Shown piece after piece: positions 28,665 to 37,625 of a stretch of 64,000 nt of DNA. Under the pieces are notes generated by a model that made no database searches, was not told where the DNA came from, and was given only the letters and a program-made list of their open reading frames with translations. Location of the stretch: NCBI GenBank assembly GCA_020631975.1, contig JACKGO010000003.1:106973-170972 (forward strand). The letters run 5' to 3'. This stretch comes from Candidatus Nomurabacteria bacterium (GTDB taxonomy: Bacteria > Patescibacteriota > Saccharimonadia > Saccharimonadales > CAIOMD01). Positions within the stretch are counted from its first letter, which is position 1; each line of letters begins with the position of its first letter. A program made the translations under genes and the position numbers.

Positions 28665-28805
28665 GGTCTGTAGCTCAGCTGGTTACCTTGCGATAAAAAC
28701 TTGTTTTCAATCGAGAAGTTCAGGGGTCGCAGAATGTACCTTGCCTCTTCCAAGCTCCGCTCGCTATAAAGATTGAATAGCACTTTTAGATATAATAGAT
28801 ACTAT
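28665..28805 (+). other. tRNA-like 5' fragment plus hairpin-rich segment (family member B5) directly upstream of tRNA-Lys
   Basis: At 28665-28685, GGTCTGTAGCTCAGCTGGTTA; its 16 nt at 28670-28685 equal tRNA-Lys 28812-28827. At 28686-28726, CCTTGCGATAAAAACTTGTTTTCAATCGAGAAGTTCAGGGG is about 80% identical to 12891-12931. CTTGCCTCTTCCAAG resembles the tRNA-Lys anticodon arm. GCTCGCTATAAAGATTGAAT resembles 12977-13000. TATAAT at 28791-28796. Confidence 0.6.
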
Positions 28806-28882
28806 GGGCCAGTAGCTCAGCTGGTTAGAGCACCTGCCTCTTAAGCAGGGTGTCGAGGGTTCGAGCCCCTCCTGGCCCTCCA
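28806..28882 (+). tRNA. tRNA-Lys (anticodon CTT), CCA encoded
   Basis: Acceptor GGGCCAG/CTGGCCC, anticodon stem CCTGC/GCAGG, loop CTCTTAA, T-arm GAGGG-TTCGAGC-CCCTC. 77 nt. Confidence 0.93.
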
Positions 28883-28912
28883 AAGTAAATTACAACATTT
28901 GTAACTCAAATT

Positions 28913-28936
28913 CGCCTCAAGACAGAGGCGTTTTTT
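28913..28936 (+). terminator. Rho-independent terminator after tRNA-Lys
   Basis: CGCCTC-AAGACA-GAGGCG followed by T6. Confidence 0.75.
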
Positions 28937-28954
28937 AGTTGCATGAAAAGTTGC

Positions 28955-28979
28955 ATATATACCCCCCTGGGGTATATAT
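28955..28979. promoter_or_regulatory. Candidate CsoR operator (inverted repeat with a G/C core)
   Basis: ATATATACCCC-cct-GGGGTATATAT has 11-bp perfect arms and lies 8 nt upstream of the csoR start. CsoR operators are known to be AT-flanked C/G-tract palindromes. Confidence 0.6.
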
Positions 28980-28986
28980 TGTATGT

Positions 28987-29268
28987 ATGATTCAAGATAT
29001 TAAAAAACGCGCAACACACAGGTCAAAGATTATTGAGGGACAGTTTAAGGGACTGGTTAAAGCAATTGAAAAGGAAGAATATTGCATAGATATTCTTACT
29101 CAAAGTTTAGCTATCCAGCAGTCCCTGCGCTCTCTTAATAAACTCGTCCTAGAAAACCACATGAAGACCCATGTTAAAGAAGGTATGACTGAGGGAGATG
29201 CAAAAACTCAACAGGAAATTATCGATGAGATGCTGAAGATTTATGATTTAACAAATGTAAGGGGTTAA
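28987..29268 (+). CDS. csoR: CsoR/RcnR-family metal-sensing transcriptional repressor
   Basis: DUF156-type sequence with HRSKIIEGQFKGL..EEYCIDILTQ..A and the C-H-C ligand pattern. The start was moved to the ATG at 28987 because the longer ORF covers the operator. Confidence 0.8.
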   Translation: MIQDIKKRATHRSKIIEGQFKGLVKAIEKEEYCIDILTQSLAIQQSLRSLNKLVLENHMKTHVKEGMTEGDAKTQQEIIDEMLKIYDLTNVRG

Positions 29269-29272
29269 TTTC

Positions 29273-31285
29273 ATGGATCATCACGAGCATAACCATCATA
29301 TGAATCATTCAGAGCATGGAGGCCATGATAAACATGCGGGCCATAACCCCGATATGTTTAAGCAGAAATTCTGGTTATCGCTACTGTTCACTCTGCCAGT
29401 CCTATATTTTTCCCAAACCATTCAAGATTTATTGGGCTACAACGCTATTTCGTTCACAGGAAGTGAATACATTCCAGCAATTTTTGGTGTAATTATTTTC
29501 TTTTATGGAGGACTTGTTTTTCTAAGGAGCGCAAAAGCTGAAATTGCCAACCGTCAGCCAGGCATGATGACTCTTATCTCACTGGCAATCAGTGTCGCTT
29601 TTGTGTATAGCTCACTTATAACACTCAACATTGTAGATGGCATGGATTTTTGGTGGGAGCTTGCATCACTGGTCACCATCATGTTGCTTGGTCACTGGCT
29701 TGAGATGGCTTCTGTTATGAACGCACAAGGCGCATTAAACGAACTTGCTAAGCTTCTACCTGACGAAGCCGAATTAGTGACAAAATCAGGGACTAAGGTA
29801 GTGTCGGTTGCAGAGCTGAAAATCGGTGATAAAGTCCTCATACGACCCGGCTCCCAGATACCAGTTGATGGCGTAGTGACTAAAGGAGAGTCAAAAGTTA
29901 ACGAGTCCATGCTGACAGGTGAATCGAAGCCAGTAGACAAATCAAAAGACAGTGAGTTGGCTGCCGGAACGGTTAATAAAAGTGGCTCACTTACTATGAA
30001 AGTCACCAAAACTGGAGATGATACAGCTTTAGCAGGAATAATGAAGCTTGTTTCTGAAGCTCAAAGTAGTAAATCTAAGACACAGATTCTTGCTGACAGA
30101 GCCGCAGCCTATCTTTTCTATATTGCACTCGTTGCTGCATTTGTAACTGCAATTGGATGGTCATTCGCTGGCGAATCAGGCGGTTACACACTTGAGCGAG
30201 TAGTGGCAGTACTAATTATTGCCTGTCCGCATGCCTTAGGTCTGGCGATTCCACTCGTAACAGCAATTTCTACGAGCAAGGCAGCGAGTGCGGGAGTAAT
30301 TGTGCGAGAACGAAGCGCTTTGGAGCTCGTGCGTAATGTAGACGTCGTATTGTTTGATAAAACCGGAACTCTAACAACTGGTGAGCAAGGTGTGGTTGAA
30401 ATAGTTGCTGACGATAAAAAAGAATTGCTCGCTATTGCTGCAGGTATAGAACAAGATTCGGAACACCCAATAGCCAAAGCAATAGTCACAAAAGCCAAGG
30501 ATATGAACGTTAAGATAAAGTCAGCCAATACTTTCAGTGCCCTTGAAGGTCGTGGCGCCAAGGCAAAGATTGGAACGGCAACATTCTATGTTGGTGGTCC
30601 TAGAATGCTAAAGGAACAAAAAATTAAACTGAATCCTAAACTGCAAAAAGCTACCGACAAAGTACACGAAAATGGTCAGACAGTTGTCTACACAATAACT
30701 GGAAAAGAAGTTTTAGGTGCTTTTATGATCGCGGATACCATTAGAGAAGAATCTAAATCCGCAGTTAAGACTCTGCGGAAAGCTGGCAAAAAAGTTGCAA
30801 TAGTCACTGGCGACTCCAAGGGTGTGGCTTCTTGGGTGGCTGATCAGCTCGGTATTGAAGACTACCATGCCGAGGTGTTGCCAGAAAATAAATCAGATGT
30901 CGTAAAGAATTTGCAAAAGGACGGCATGAAAGTTGCCTTTGTTGGAGATGGTGTAAATGATGCCCCAGCACTTACGCAAGCCGATGTCGGTATTGCAATT
31001 GGTGCGGGTACAGACGTGGCTATTGAATCGGCTGGTATAGTGCTTGCAAGCAGCGACCCACGAGGGGTGTCGCGGATCATAAATCTATCAAAGGCAACGT
31101 ATAGAAAAATGCAACAGAATCTTGTGTGGGCGACTGGTTACAACGTCATGGCTATCCCACTAGCTGCTGGGGCGCTTGCTGGAATAGGTTTTGTTCTGTC
31201 ACCAGCAATTGGCGCCGTATTAATGTCGCTTTCAACAATTATCGTTGCATTTAATGCACAGCTACTAAGAACTAAGGAGGTGTAA
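29273..31285 (+). CDS. copB: Copper-translocating P1B-type ATPase with a His-rich N-terminus (CopB-like)
   Basis: N-terminal MDHHEHNHHMNHSEHGGHDKHAGH. CPH transmembrane metal motif (IIACPHALGL). DKTGTLT phosphorylation site, TGES and GDGVNDAP. Confidence 0.88.
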   Translation: MDHHEHNHHMNHSEHGGHDKHAGHNPDMFKQKFWLSLLFTLPVLYFSQTIQDLLGYNAISFTGSEYIPAIFGVIIFFYGGLVFLRSAKAEIANRQPGMMTLISLAISVAFVYSSLITLNIVDGMDFWWELASLVTIMLLGHWLEMASVMNAQGALNELAKLLPDEAELVTKSGTKVVSVAELKIGDKVLIRPGSQIPVDGVVTKGESKVNESMLTGESKPVDKSKDSELAAGTVNKSGSLTMKVTKTGDDTALAGIMKLVSEAQSSKSKTQILADRAAAYLFYIALVAAFVTAIGWSFAGESGGYTLERVVAVLIIACPHALGLAIPLVTAISTSKAASAGVIVRERSALELVRNVDVVLFDKTGTLTTGEQGVVEIVADDKKELLAIAAGIEQDSEHPIAKAIVTKAKDMNVKIKSANTFSALEGRGAKAKIGTATFYVGGPRMLKEQKIKLNPKLQKATDKVHENGQTVVYTITGKEVLGAFMIADTIREESKSAVKTLRKAGKKVAIVTGDSKGVASWVADQLGIEDYHAEVLPENKSDVVKNLQKDGMKVAFVGDGVNDAPALTQADVGIAIGAGTDVAIESAGIVLASSDPRGVSRIINLSKATYRKMQQNLVWATGYNVMAIPLAAGALAGIGFVLSPAIGAVLMSLSTIIVAFNAQLLRTKEV

Positions 31286-31286
31286 G

Positions 31287-32147
31287 ATGGCAAAACAGGA
31301 AGAAATAAAGGATGAAAAAGTAGTGGAAGAAGTTAAAGATACTAAAAGCTCTTCCAATAAGAAAACATGGTTTATTAAAGGCGGACTGGTAGCACTGGCT
31401 GTACTGCTGCTGAGTGGTGGTTATTACGGTTACTTGTATGCATCAACCCCTGAACACCTGCGAAACCCTGAGTTTGAGCATTATCATTTGCGGACTCAAA
31501 TTGTTGTAAATGGCGATCCAGTCGACTTCTCTCACCATGACTTCCAAGAAGATTATGATAAAACCTCTTGTAGTGCTGAGCTGACTGGTCAGCCAATCGA
31601 TTTCCATGACGAAATGGACCAAATGGCTCACGTACACTGGAGCGGTATTACTGGTGGTGAATTCTTGAAGTTCTACGGCTGGAATCTTATTGGTGGAGAG
31701 GATGATTCACTTGGTCGACGTTATGACCAAGGAATGATGCGCATGCATCATGTTAGAACAGCTGGCGATCTGTTGCCAGATATCCCGGAAGGAACCAATT
31801 TCTACGTCTATATTGGTGATGAAAACAGTTACGAGCAAAAAGACTGGATCGATTTTCTCAATATGGACCTCGAAGATTTCTTGGGCAAGAAAAGCTACCT
31901 AAATACTGACGAGGAAACCTCGTTTAATCCTCTCAATTGGCTTACCCAAAAAGCCTATGCCCACGGCATGGAAGATGACGGTCATGATGAAACAGAGCTT
32001 GAAAATGATGAGGCAAGGTTGGAGCGTATCAACAATCTAATCGGTAATGTCGTTATATTCGTGCAAGACACGGAACCGACCGAGCAGCAGGTACAAGAAC
32101 GATTCGCTAACCTAGTACCATTAAGTGATAGTGTTTGTGGAGGTTAG
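31287..32147 (+). CDS. Hypothetical His-rich membrane-anchored protein co-transcribed with copB
   Basis: It starts 1 nt after the copB stop, with AGGAGG inside the copB end. One N-terminal TM segment. Several His clusters (EFEHYHLR, FSHHDF, DFHDEMDQMAHVHW, MRMHHV). Confidence 0.55.
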   Translation: MAKQEEIKDEKVVEEVKDTKSSSNKKTWFIKGGLVALAVLLLSGGYYGYLYASTPEHLRNPEFEHYHLRTQIVVNGDPVDFSHHDFQEDYDKTSCSAELTGQPIDFHDEMDQMAHVHWSGITGGEFLKFYGWNLIGGEDDSLGRRYDQGMMRMHHVRTAGDLLPDIPEGTNFYVYIGDENSYEQKDWIDFLNMDLEDFLGKKSYLNTDEETSFNPLNWLTQKAYAHGMEDDGHDETELENDEARLERINNLIGNVVIFVQDTEPTEQQVQERFANLVPLSDSVCGG

Positions 32148-32149
32148 AG

Positions 32150-33028
32150 ATGAATAACAAGATTTTTTGGGGAGTAGTTGTAGTTGTTGTCGTCATATTC
32201 GGATTCTTCGTCCTTTCGGGTAGCGATAGCACCGAGACAAATGAAGCATCCGACACTGTGTCGTTAACGCTATCAGACATTCATGGGCTTGAGGTAGATA
32301 TTAACGATCCAGATCGACTCTATCTGCCCAACCATCAGGGCTTGTATGTGCAAGAATCTGACGGAGAAATTAAGAAGCAAAGTGAAATATCCGATGATTT
32401 GATGAGTTTTGCCGTTCATCCATCAGATGAAAACATTTTCTATGCCAGTGGACACCCACGAACTGGTGGTAATTTTGGGCTTATTAAGTCGGTTGACGGT
32501 GGTGTGTCGTGGCAGGATGTATCGGAAGGCTTAAACGGACCAGTTGATTTTCACACTATGGCTGTTGATTCAGCTAATGGTGACCATATATACGGTTACT
32601 ATGCGGGAGCACTTCAACGAACTCTTGATGGTGGCGAGACTTGGCAATATCTCAATGATGCGCCCGATAAGATCATTCAGCTCAGCGCAGGAAACAAACA
32701 AGACCAAATGTATGCCGCAACAACAAGTGGGCTCTATAGAAGCAACGATCAGGGTAACACATGGGAGCTAGCAGCATTCGAAAGCGAAACAGTAATTGCC
32801 ATTGAGGTTAACCCTTCATCGGATCAGATGCTTGCAAATACGAACGCGCAAGGTTTAGTGCTTTCCAACGACGGTGGCGAAACTTGGGAGAAGAGCGACT
32901 TCAGCACATCCGACACTGTGCTCTACATTGCGTCTTCTGCTTCAGAGCCAACAAAGTCATACCTCATAACAAAATCACTCAAGATTTTCCAAAGCACCGA
33001 TAATGGTAGTACTTGGTCTGCACGCTAA
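32150..33028 (+). CDS. BNR/Asp-box repeat beta-propeller protein, exported
   Basis: Five SxDxGxTW-like boxes (DGGVSWQD, DGGETWQY, DQGNTWEL, DGGETWEK, DNGSTWSA) and an N-terminal TM/signal segment. The start was moved to MNNKIFW, which is preceded by GGAGG. Confidence 0.7.
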   Translation: MNNKIFWGVVVVVVVIFGFFVLSGSDSTETNEASDTVSLTLSDIHGLEVDINDPDRLYLPNHQGLYVQESDGEIKKQSEISDDLMSFAVHPSDENIFYASGHPRTGGNFGLIKSVDGGVSWQDVSEGLNGPVDFHTMAVDSANGDHIYGYYAGALQRTLDGGETWQYLNDAPDKIIQLSAGNKQDQMYAATTSGLYRSNDQGNTWELAAFESETVIAIEVNPSSDQMLANTNAQGLVLSNDGGETWEKSDFSTSDTVLYIASSASEPTKSYLITKSLKIFQSTDNGSTWSAR

Positions 33029-33094
33029 TCGCTAGACAGTCTGCGCCTCAATTTTAGTTGCAACAAGAAGTACGGTTACCTAAGGCTTTTGCAA

Positions 33095-33688
33095 TTACGA
33101 TGCGCATCGCTCAAATGCGGGCAAATGATTGTTTTGTGATGCATTCATAAGGCTCGTGAATACTGAAGTAATATCTGGATAGTTTGAAACTGCAGGTAGC
33201 AATGTGTCGCGATATAATGATGCGTTATCAATTTCTGCCTGCACACCAACTGCGCAATTGTCAGCCTTAGATGAAGCAGCCATTATATTGGCGTATGGGT
33301 CTGCCGGAATGCTAAGGGCGTATTTGTCAAAGAGAGCCTTAAGGGATGATATATGTTGCTCTTCTGCTCTTATTATCATTGAAAACGGACGAATGGGACC
33401 TAATGTATTAATTACTGCTGCGTATGTAGCGTGAGCTTTATACTCATCATCTAATGCCGAATAAAGAGCCTGGGCGACACTATCTGGTAGTTTATCTACA
33501 GGATATTCTAGGTTTTCAACTTTCAGGCAGTCATCAGAAACGCAATTTTGAGCTGTGGTGTTTTCTTCTTGTTGTGTAATACTCTGTTGCGATGCTGTCT
33601 TATTATCTTCATAGGTATTAAATATCATATATCCAAGCCCGGCCACTGTAATGATGGCAATAACTGCGATAACTATTTTTAAGTTCAT
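33095..33688 (-). CDS. DUF2202-like (ferritin-like fold) exported protein
   Basis: N-terminal TM segment. DDEYKAHATYAAV...RAEEQHISSL pattern, as recalled for DUF2202. Confidence 0.5.
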   Translation of the reverse strand: MNLKIVIAVIAIITVAGLGYMIFNTYEDNKTASQQSITQQEENTTAQNCVSDDCLKVENLEYPVDKLPDSVAQALYSALDDEYKAHATYAAVINTLGPIRPFSMIIRAEEQHISSLKALFDKYALSIPADPYANIMAASSKADNCAVGVQAEIDNASLYRDTLLPAVSNYPDITSVFTSLMNASQNNHLPAFERCAS

Positions 33689-33798
33689 ACTCTCCTTTCA
33701 GTATCACTTATACTTAGGCTTATTATTCTATATCATACTGATTAATGCCTGAATGCAACCAATAATTGTTACATAAATAATTTTGATACAATGAACCA

Positions 33799-34771
33799 AT
33801 GAAAGCTGCTGTAAATGAAACCTACGGTCCTCCTTCTGTCATTAAGATAAAAGGGGTTAAAAAGCCAACACCAAGGCCAAATGAAATTTTGGTAGAAGTG
33901 CATTATTCGTCTGTTAATAGAACAGACGTAGGATTTTTAAGGGCCAAGCCTTTTGTAACTCGCTTTTTTACAGGAATAATTAAACCAAAATATCTTACGC
34001 TAGGGTGTGAATATTCTGGAATTGTTAAAGACCTAGGTAAAGATGTAAAAAAATTCAAGTTAGGCGATAGGGTGTTTGGGTTTGACGATAGTAACTTTGG
34101 AGGTTACGCGGAGTATAAGATTGTTAATGAAAACCAAATGGTCGAAACCATTCCGAGTAACACAACACTTGAACAAGCAGCTGTAGCGCTTGAAGGCGCC
34201 CACTATGCCCTTTTTTATATATAAAGTTCCCGAATCTAAAAAAACTAGGGTGTTTGTTAATGGGGCAACCGGTGCTATTGGTTCTGCCGGTGTACAAATT
34301 CTAAAAGCATTAGGTTACTACGTAGAAGCTAGTAGCACTACTAAAGATATTGGAAAAGTTAAAAAATTGGGAGCAGACAAGGTAATTGACTGGGAAAAGC
34401 AAGATATCACGCGCGTAGCATCTAAGTGCGACGTATACTTTGATGCAGTGGGAAAAAGTTCTTTCAAGCAAGCTAAAAAAATACTCAAGCCCCATGGGAT
34501 ATATATGTCTAGCGAGCTTGGACCATATGGGCAAAATCCACTATTGGCGCTGTTCAATGTAGTTCAAAGACTATTTACAAAACGTAATGTATATTTTCCT
34601 ATTCCAAAGACCAGGTTAAAAGAAGCTACGATAATTAAACAATATCTTGCAAATGGTACATTCATTCCTTTAATAGATAAAACATATAGCCTAGTAGATA
34701 TTCAAAAAGCTTTTCAATATGTAGAGTCTGGCAAAAAAGTTGGCAATGTCGTTATAAAAGTAAAAAAATAG
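33799..34771 (+). pseudogene. Zinc-type alcohol dehydrogenase / quinone oxidoreductase (MDR family) split by a frameshift
   Basis: ORF 33799-34224 is the GroES-like N-terminal domain. ORF 34190-34771 carries VNGATGAIGSAGVQ (Rossmann). Removing one T from the T6 run at 34211-34216 joins them as ...GAHYALFIYKVPESKK... Confidence 0.75.
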
Positions 34772-34857
34772 TATTACCATAACAGTTGAGTCAGCACTTT
34801 TCTTAAAAAATATTTTTTTGAAAATTAAATAACACTGTATTTGCTATAGTTATAACA

Positions 34858-35877
34858 GTGAATAAAAACATTGCCACAAAGAATCAGCCTAATAATATAG
34901 TTTTTTCTAAAACAGATGGCTTGCACGCCGCGCTCAATATGATCCCGGCATTTATATTAATTTTATCTGGCAATCTCACGGCAGGCATTGCATTTGCTCT
35001 TGGTACAATACCGGCATCACAGCTTGGCGTGGCCCCAAATCGTAAAAAAAGAATTGTGTTTAGTGTTATTAGTTGTGTTTTTGGATTAGGTATTATTGGT
35101 GGATCTCTTGTACTGCATAATATGAGCCTATGGCTAGCAGCGATTGCCTTTTTTATTGTAGCCTTTGTAGCATCTGTTATTGCAGCCAAAAAGCCAATTG
35201 GTATTGTAATGCTCGCGTTCTTTTTACCGGCTTTGGCTGTAGGTTATAGCTACAGTCCGTCTGTTGGTCTTAGCTTGGGCCTAGTTTTTATTCTTGGTTC
35301 GTTGTGGTCTGGGCTAACTTCTATGCTATGGCCAGAATCTAAAATACAAAATTCTGCAGATGGAGCAAAAGCATTTGTATCTAGCAACCCTAAAATATAC
35401 GGAGTTCTGCTTGGCTTAACTGCTTCTATAGCTTTAGTGCTAGGAACCTATATTGACCCTGTTTTCATTGGCTGGACAGCAACATCTGCGCTTTTAATTA
35501 TGCGACCGTTACGTGGCATGGTGGGCTTACGAGGACTAGCCAGAACACTATCTACAATACTAGGAACATTGTTAGCAATTATTACAGTACAACTAGACTT
35601 ACCTGCGCTAGTGACGGCATTACTTATTAGCCTGATGATGATATTTATCATTGGCACCCGTTTGAGTCGGTGGTACATAGTACCAATGGGCACAGCATTC
35701 TTAATTTTGACATTGCAGTTATATGAAGAGCAAAACATAAATGCAATTAGACAATTAGGCTACAGTAGAATACTAGATAATATTCTTGGTGCTGCCATTG
35801 CCTTATTCTTTGGTTTGCTTGTACCACTTATGTTAATTAAGATTCAAAAACACTCACACACTAAAGCTGGCACATAA
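34858..35877 (+). CDS. Multi-pass integral membrane protein, possibly FUSC/ArAE-like
   Basis: 339 aa with about 9 hydrophobic segments and a GTG start. The family assignment is weak. Confidence 0.5.
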   Translation: MNKNIATKNQPNNIVFSKTDGLHAALNMIPAFILILSGNLTAGIAFALGTIPASQLGVAPNRKKRIVFSVISCVFGLGIIGGSLVLHNMSLWLAAIAFFIVAFVASVIAAKKPIGIVMLAFFLPALAVGYSYSPSVGLSLGLVFILGSLWSGLTSMLWPESKIQNSADGAKAFVSSNPKIYGVLLGLTASIALVLGTYIDPVFIGWTATSALLIMRPLRGMVGLRGLARTLSTILGTLLAIITVQLDLPALVTALLISLMMIFIIGTRLSRWYIVPMGTAFLILTLQLYEEQNINAIRQLGYSRILDNILGAAIALFFGLLVPLMLIKIQKHSHTKAGT

Positions 35878-35963
35878 TAAATTAATGCACGGTGATTATG
35901 AGTATTGAAAATAGATAGTTTTTAAGCACCTACTTTTATATGTGGTTTTGCTATAATCAGCTA

Positions 35964-36515
35964 ATGCCAGCAATTACATTTATCACCGGTAACCAATCAA
36001 AAGCAGACTATGTATCTAGGTATTTAGGATTTAAAGTCAGCCACCGTAAAATTGAACTAGAAGAAATACAGTCTTTAGACCTAAAAGAAGTGGTAGAACA
36101 CAAGGTCAAACAAGCATATGCAATTATCAATGCGCCCGTACTCGTTGAAGACGTGTCGTTAGAGTTCAAAGCGCTTGGTAGGTTACCAGGTACTTTTATA
36201 CGATTTTATGTAGATGAAGTTCCGTTTGAAACAATCTGCAGGACATTAGATGGTTTAAGCCGTGAAGCGACAGCGCGTTGTGTATTTGGTTACTACGACG
36301 GTAACAAATTACGGTTGTTTGAGAGTAGTCTCGACGGCACCATCGCAATGCATCCAAAAGGCGAAAATGGTTTTGGCTGGGACAAAATATTTATTCCACA
36401 AGGATACAACGTAACAAGAGCATCTCTAGATGAAGAAGCTAACAAAATCACCTACCTTAAAATAAAACCATTTGAACAATTAAAGTCTTTTCTAATAGCT
36501 ACGCAGCCAGACTAA
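35964..36515 (+). CDS. Non-canonical purine NTP pyrophosphatase (Ham1/RdgB family)
   Basis: ITFITGNQSKA N-terminal motif and FGWDKIF near the C-terminus. The start was moved to MPAITF. Confidence 0.75.
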   Translation: MPAITFITGNQSKADYVSRYLGFKVSHRKIELEEIQSLDLKEVVEHKVKQAYAIINAPVLVEDVSLEFKALGRLPGTFIRFYVDEVPFETICRTLDGLSREATARCVFGYYDGNKLRLFESSLDGTIAMHPKGENGFGWDKIFIPQGYNVTRASLDEEANKITYLKIKPFEQLKSFLIATQPD

Positions 36516-36648
36516 GCATGTACCTATTATATGCCTGGTACTTATTGCTTCACTTAAGAAAAGTAATCTAAGTGATATCACCTACTACAAGTAATTCTAT
36601 TGCAAATATTAGCACTTATATAAACAGTAATCTGGTACTATTAAATGT

Positions 36649-37581
36649 ATGATTAAGTACTACTTAAGAAAAAGCAAACACGAAGAAGTTGTAACTTCGT
36701 TGAGTTACGAACCCGGCCAGTGGGTGCAGTTAATTGCTCCAACAGAAGAAGAAATACATTATATATCGCGTGAGCTTTCCCTAGAGCCATCACTGCTGCT
36801 TGATGCGACAGATATGGATGAAATGCCTCGTTTTGAAATAGATGATGATACCGCCTATTTGTATACGCGCTTTGCATGGAAGAATGCCGGTGGCACAATT
36901 CATACAGAACCTGTGCTTTTTGTTGTCGGTAAGGGTGTCTTTGTGTCTTTGACAAATCGTAGTTTCCCTGCTTTAGAAGACCTGCTTATACGGCAAAAAC
37001 ACCTAGTCACAAATCGGCCTAAACACTTGTTACTACCTGTATTGAATGTATCTTTACAAAGTTACGCTTCACAACTTGCCCATATAGGCAGGCAAATACG
37101 CACTGCCCGCAACGCCCTGCGTGACGAAAAGTTTTCTAATAAGCATTTTGTACGTTTTGTAGAAATTGAAGATTTTTTAAACGATTTTCTGAGTGAACTT
37201 GTACCTACAAACAATATTTTACTTAACATGGTTGCTGGCAGAAAAGCGTTTAGTTTTACAGAAACAGATCATGATATTTTAGAAGATTTACAACTAGAAA
37301 CTGCCCAATTAATTGACGAAAGTAAAGGCTATTTAAAAACTATTGTTAACATTCGTGAAGCGTACAGCAATGTTATGACCAACAATTTAAACCGGCAAAT
37401 TAAAATCCTTACAACGCTTACCATTGTACTCACTGTCCCAACCATTGTGGGCTCTTTTTTTGGTATGAACGTTGGTATTCCGCTAGACAACAACCCCCTT
37501 GCTTTTCCACTGATTGTTGGAACTACCTTTGGTGTAGCCTTTTTAGTTTTATATTTTCTTAAACGCAAAGACTGGCTTTAA
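36649..37581 (+). CDS. corA: CorA-family divalent cation transporter
   Basis: FFGMNVGIP (GMN motif) between two C-terminal TM helices. Confidence 0.85.
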   Translation: MIKYYLRKSKHEEVVTSLSYEPGQWVQLIAPTEEEIHYISRELSLEPSLLLDATDMDEMPRFEIDDDTAYLYTRFAWKNAGGTIHTEPVLFVVGKGVFVSLTNRSFPALEDLLIRQKHLVTNRPKHLLLPVLNVSLQSYASQLAHIGRQIRTARNALRDEKFSNKHFVRFVEIEDFLNDFLSELVPTNNILLNMVAGRKAFSFTETDHDILEDLQLETAQLIDESKGYLKTIVNIREAYSNVMTNNLNRQIKILTTLTIVLTVPTIVGSFFGMNVGIPLDNNPLAFPLIVGTTFGVAFLVLYFLKRKDWL

Positions 37582-37625
37582 TACTAGCCATTTAAGCTCA
37601 ATATAACGAGTTGTTATTTTTAGTT

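Noticed and set aside
28883-33800. The copper module considered as a tRNA-Lys-integrated genomic island.
   Set aside because: No copy of the tRNA-Lys 3' end and no integrase were found at the far side. The compositional difference judged by eye is small. Only the adjacency is noted.
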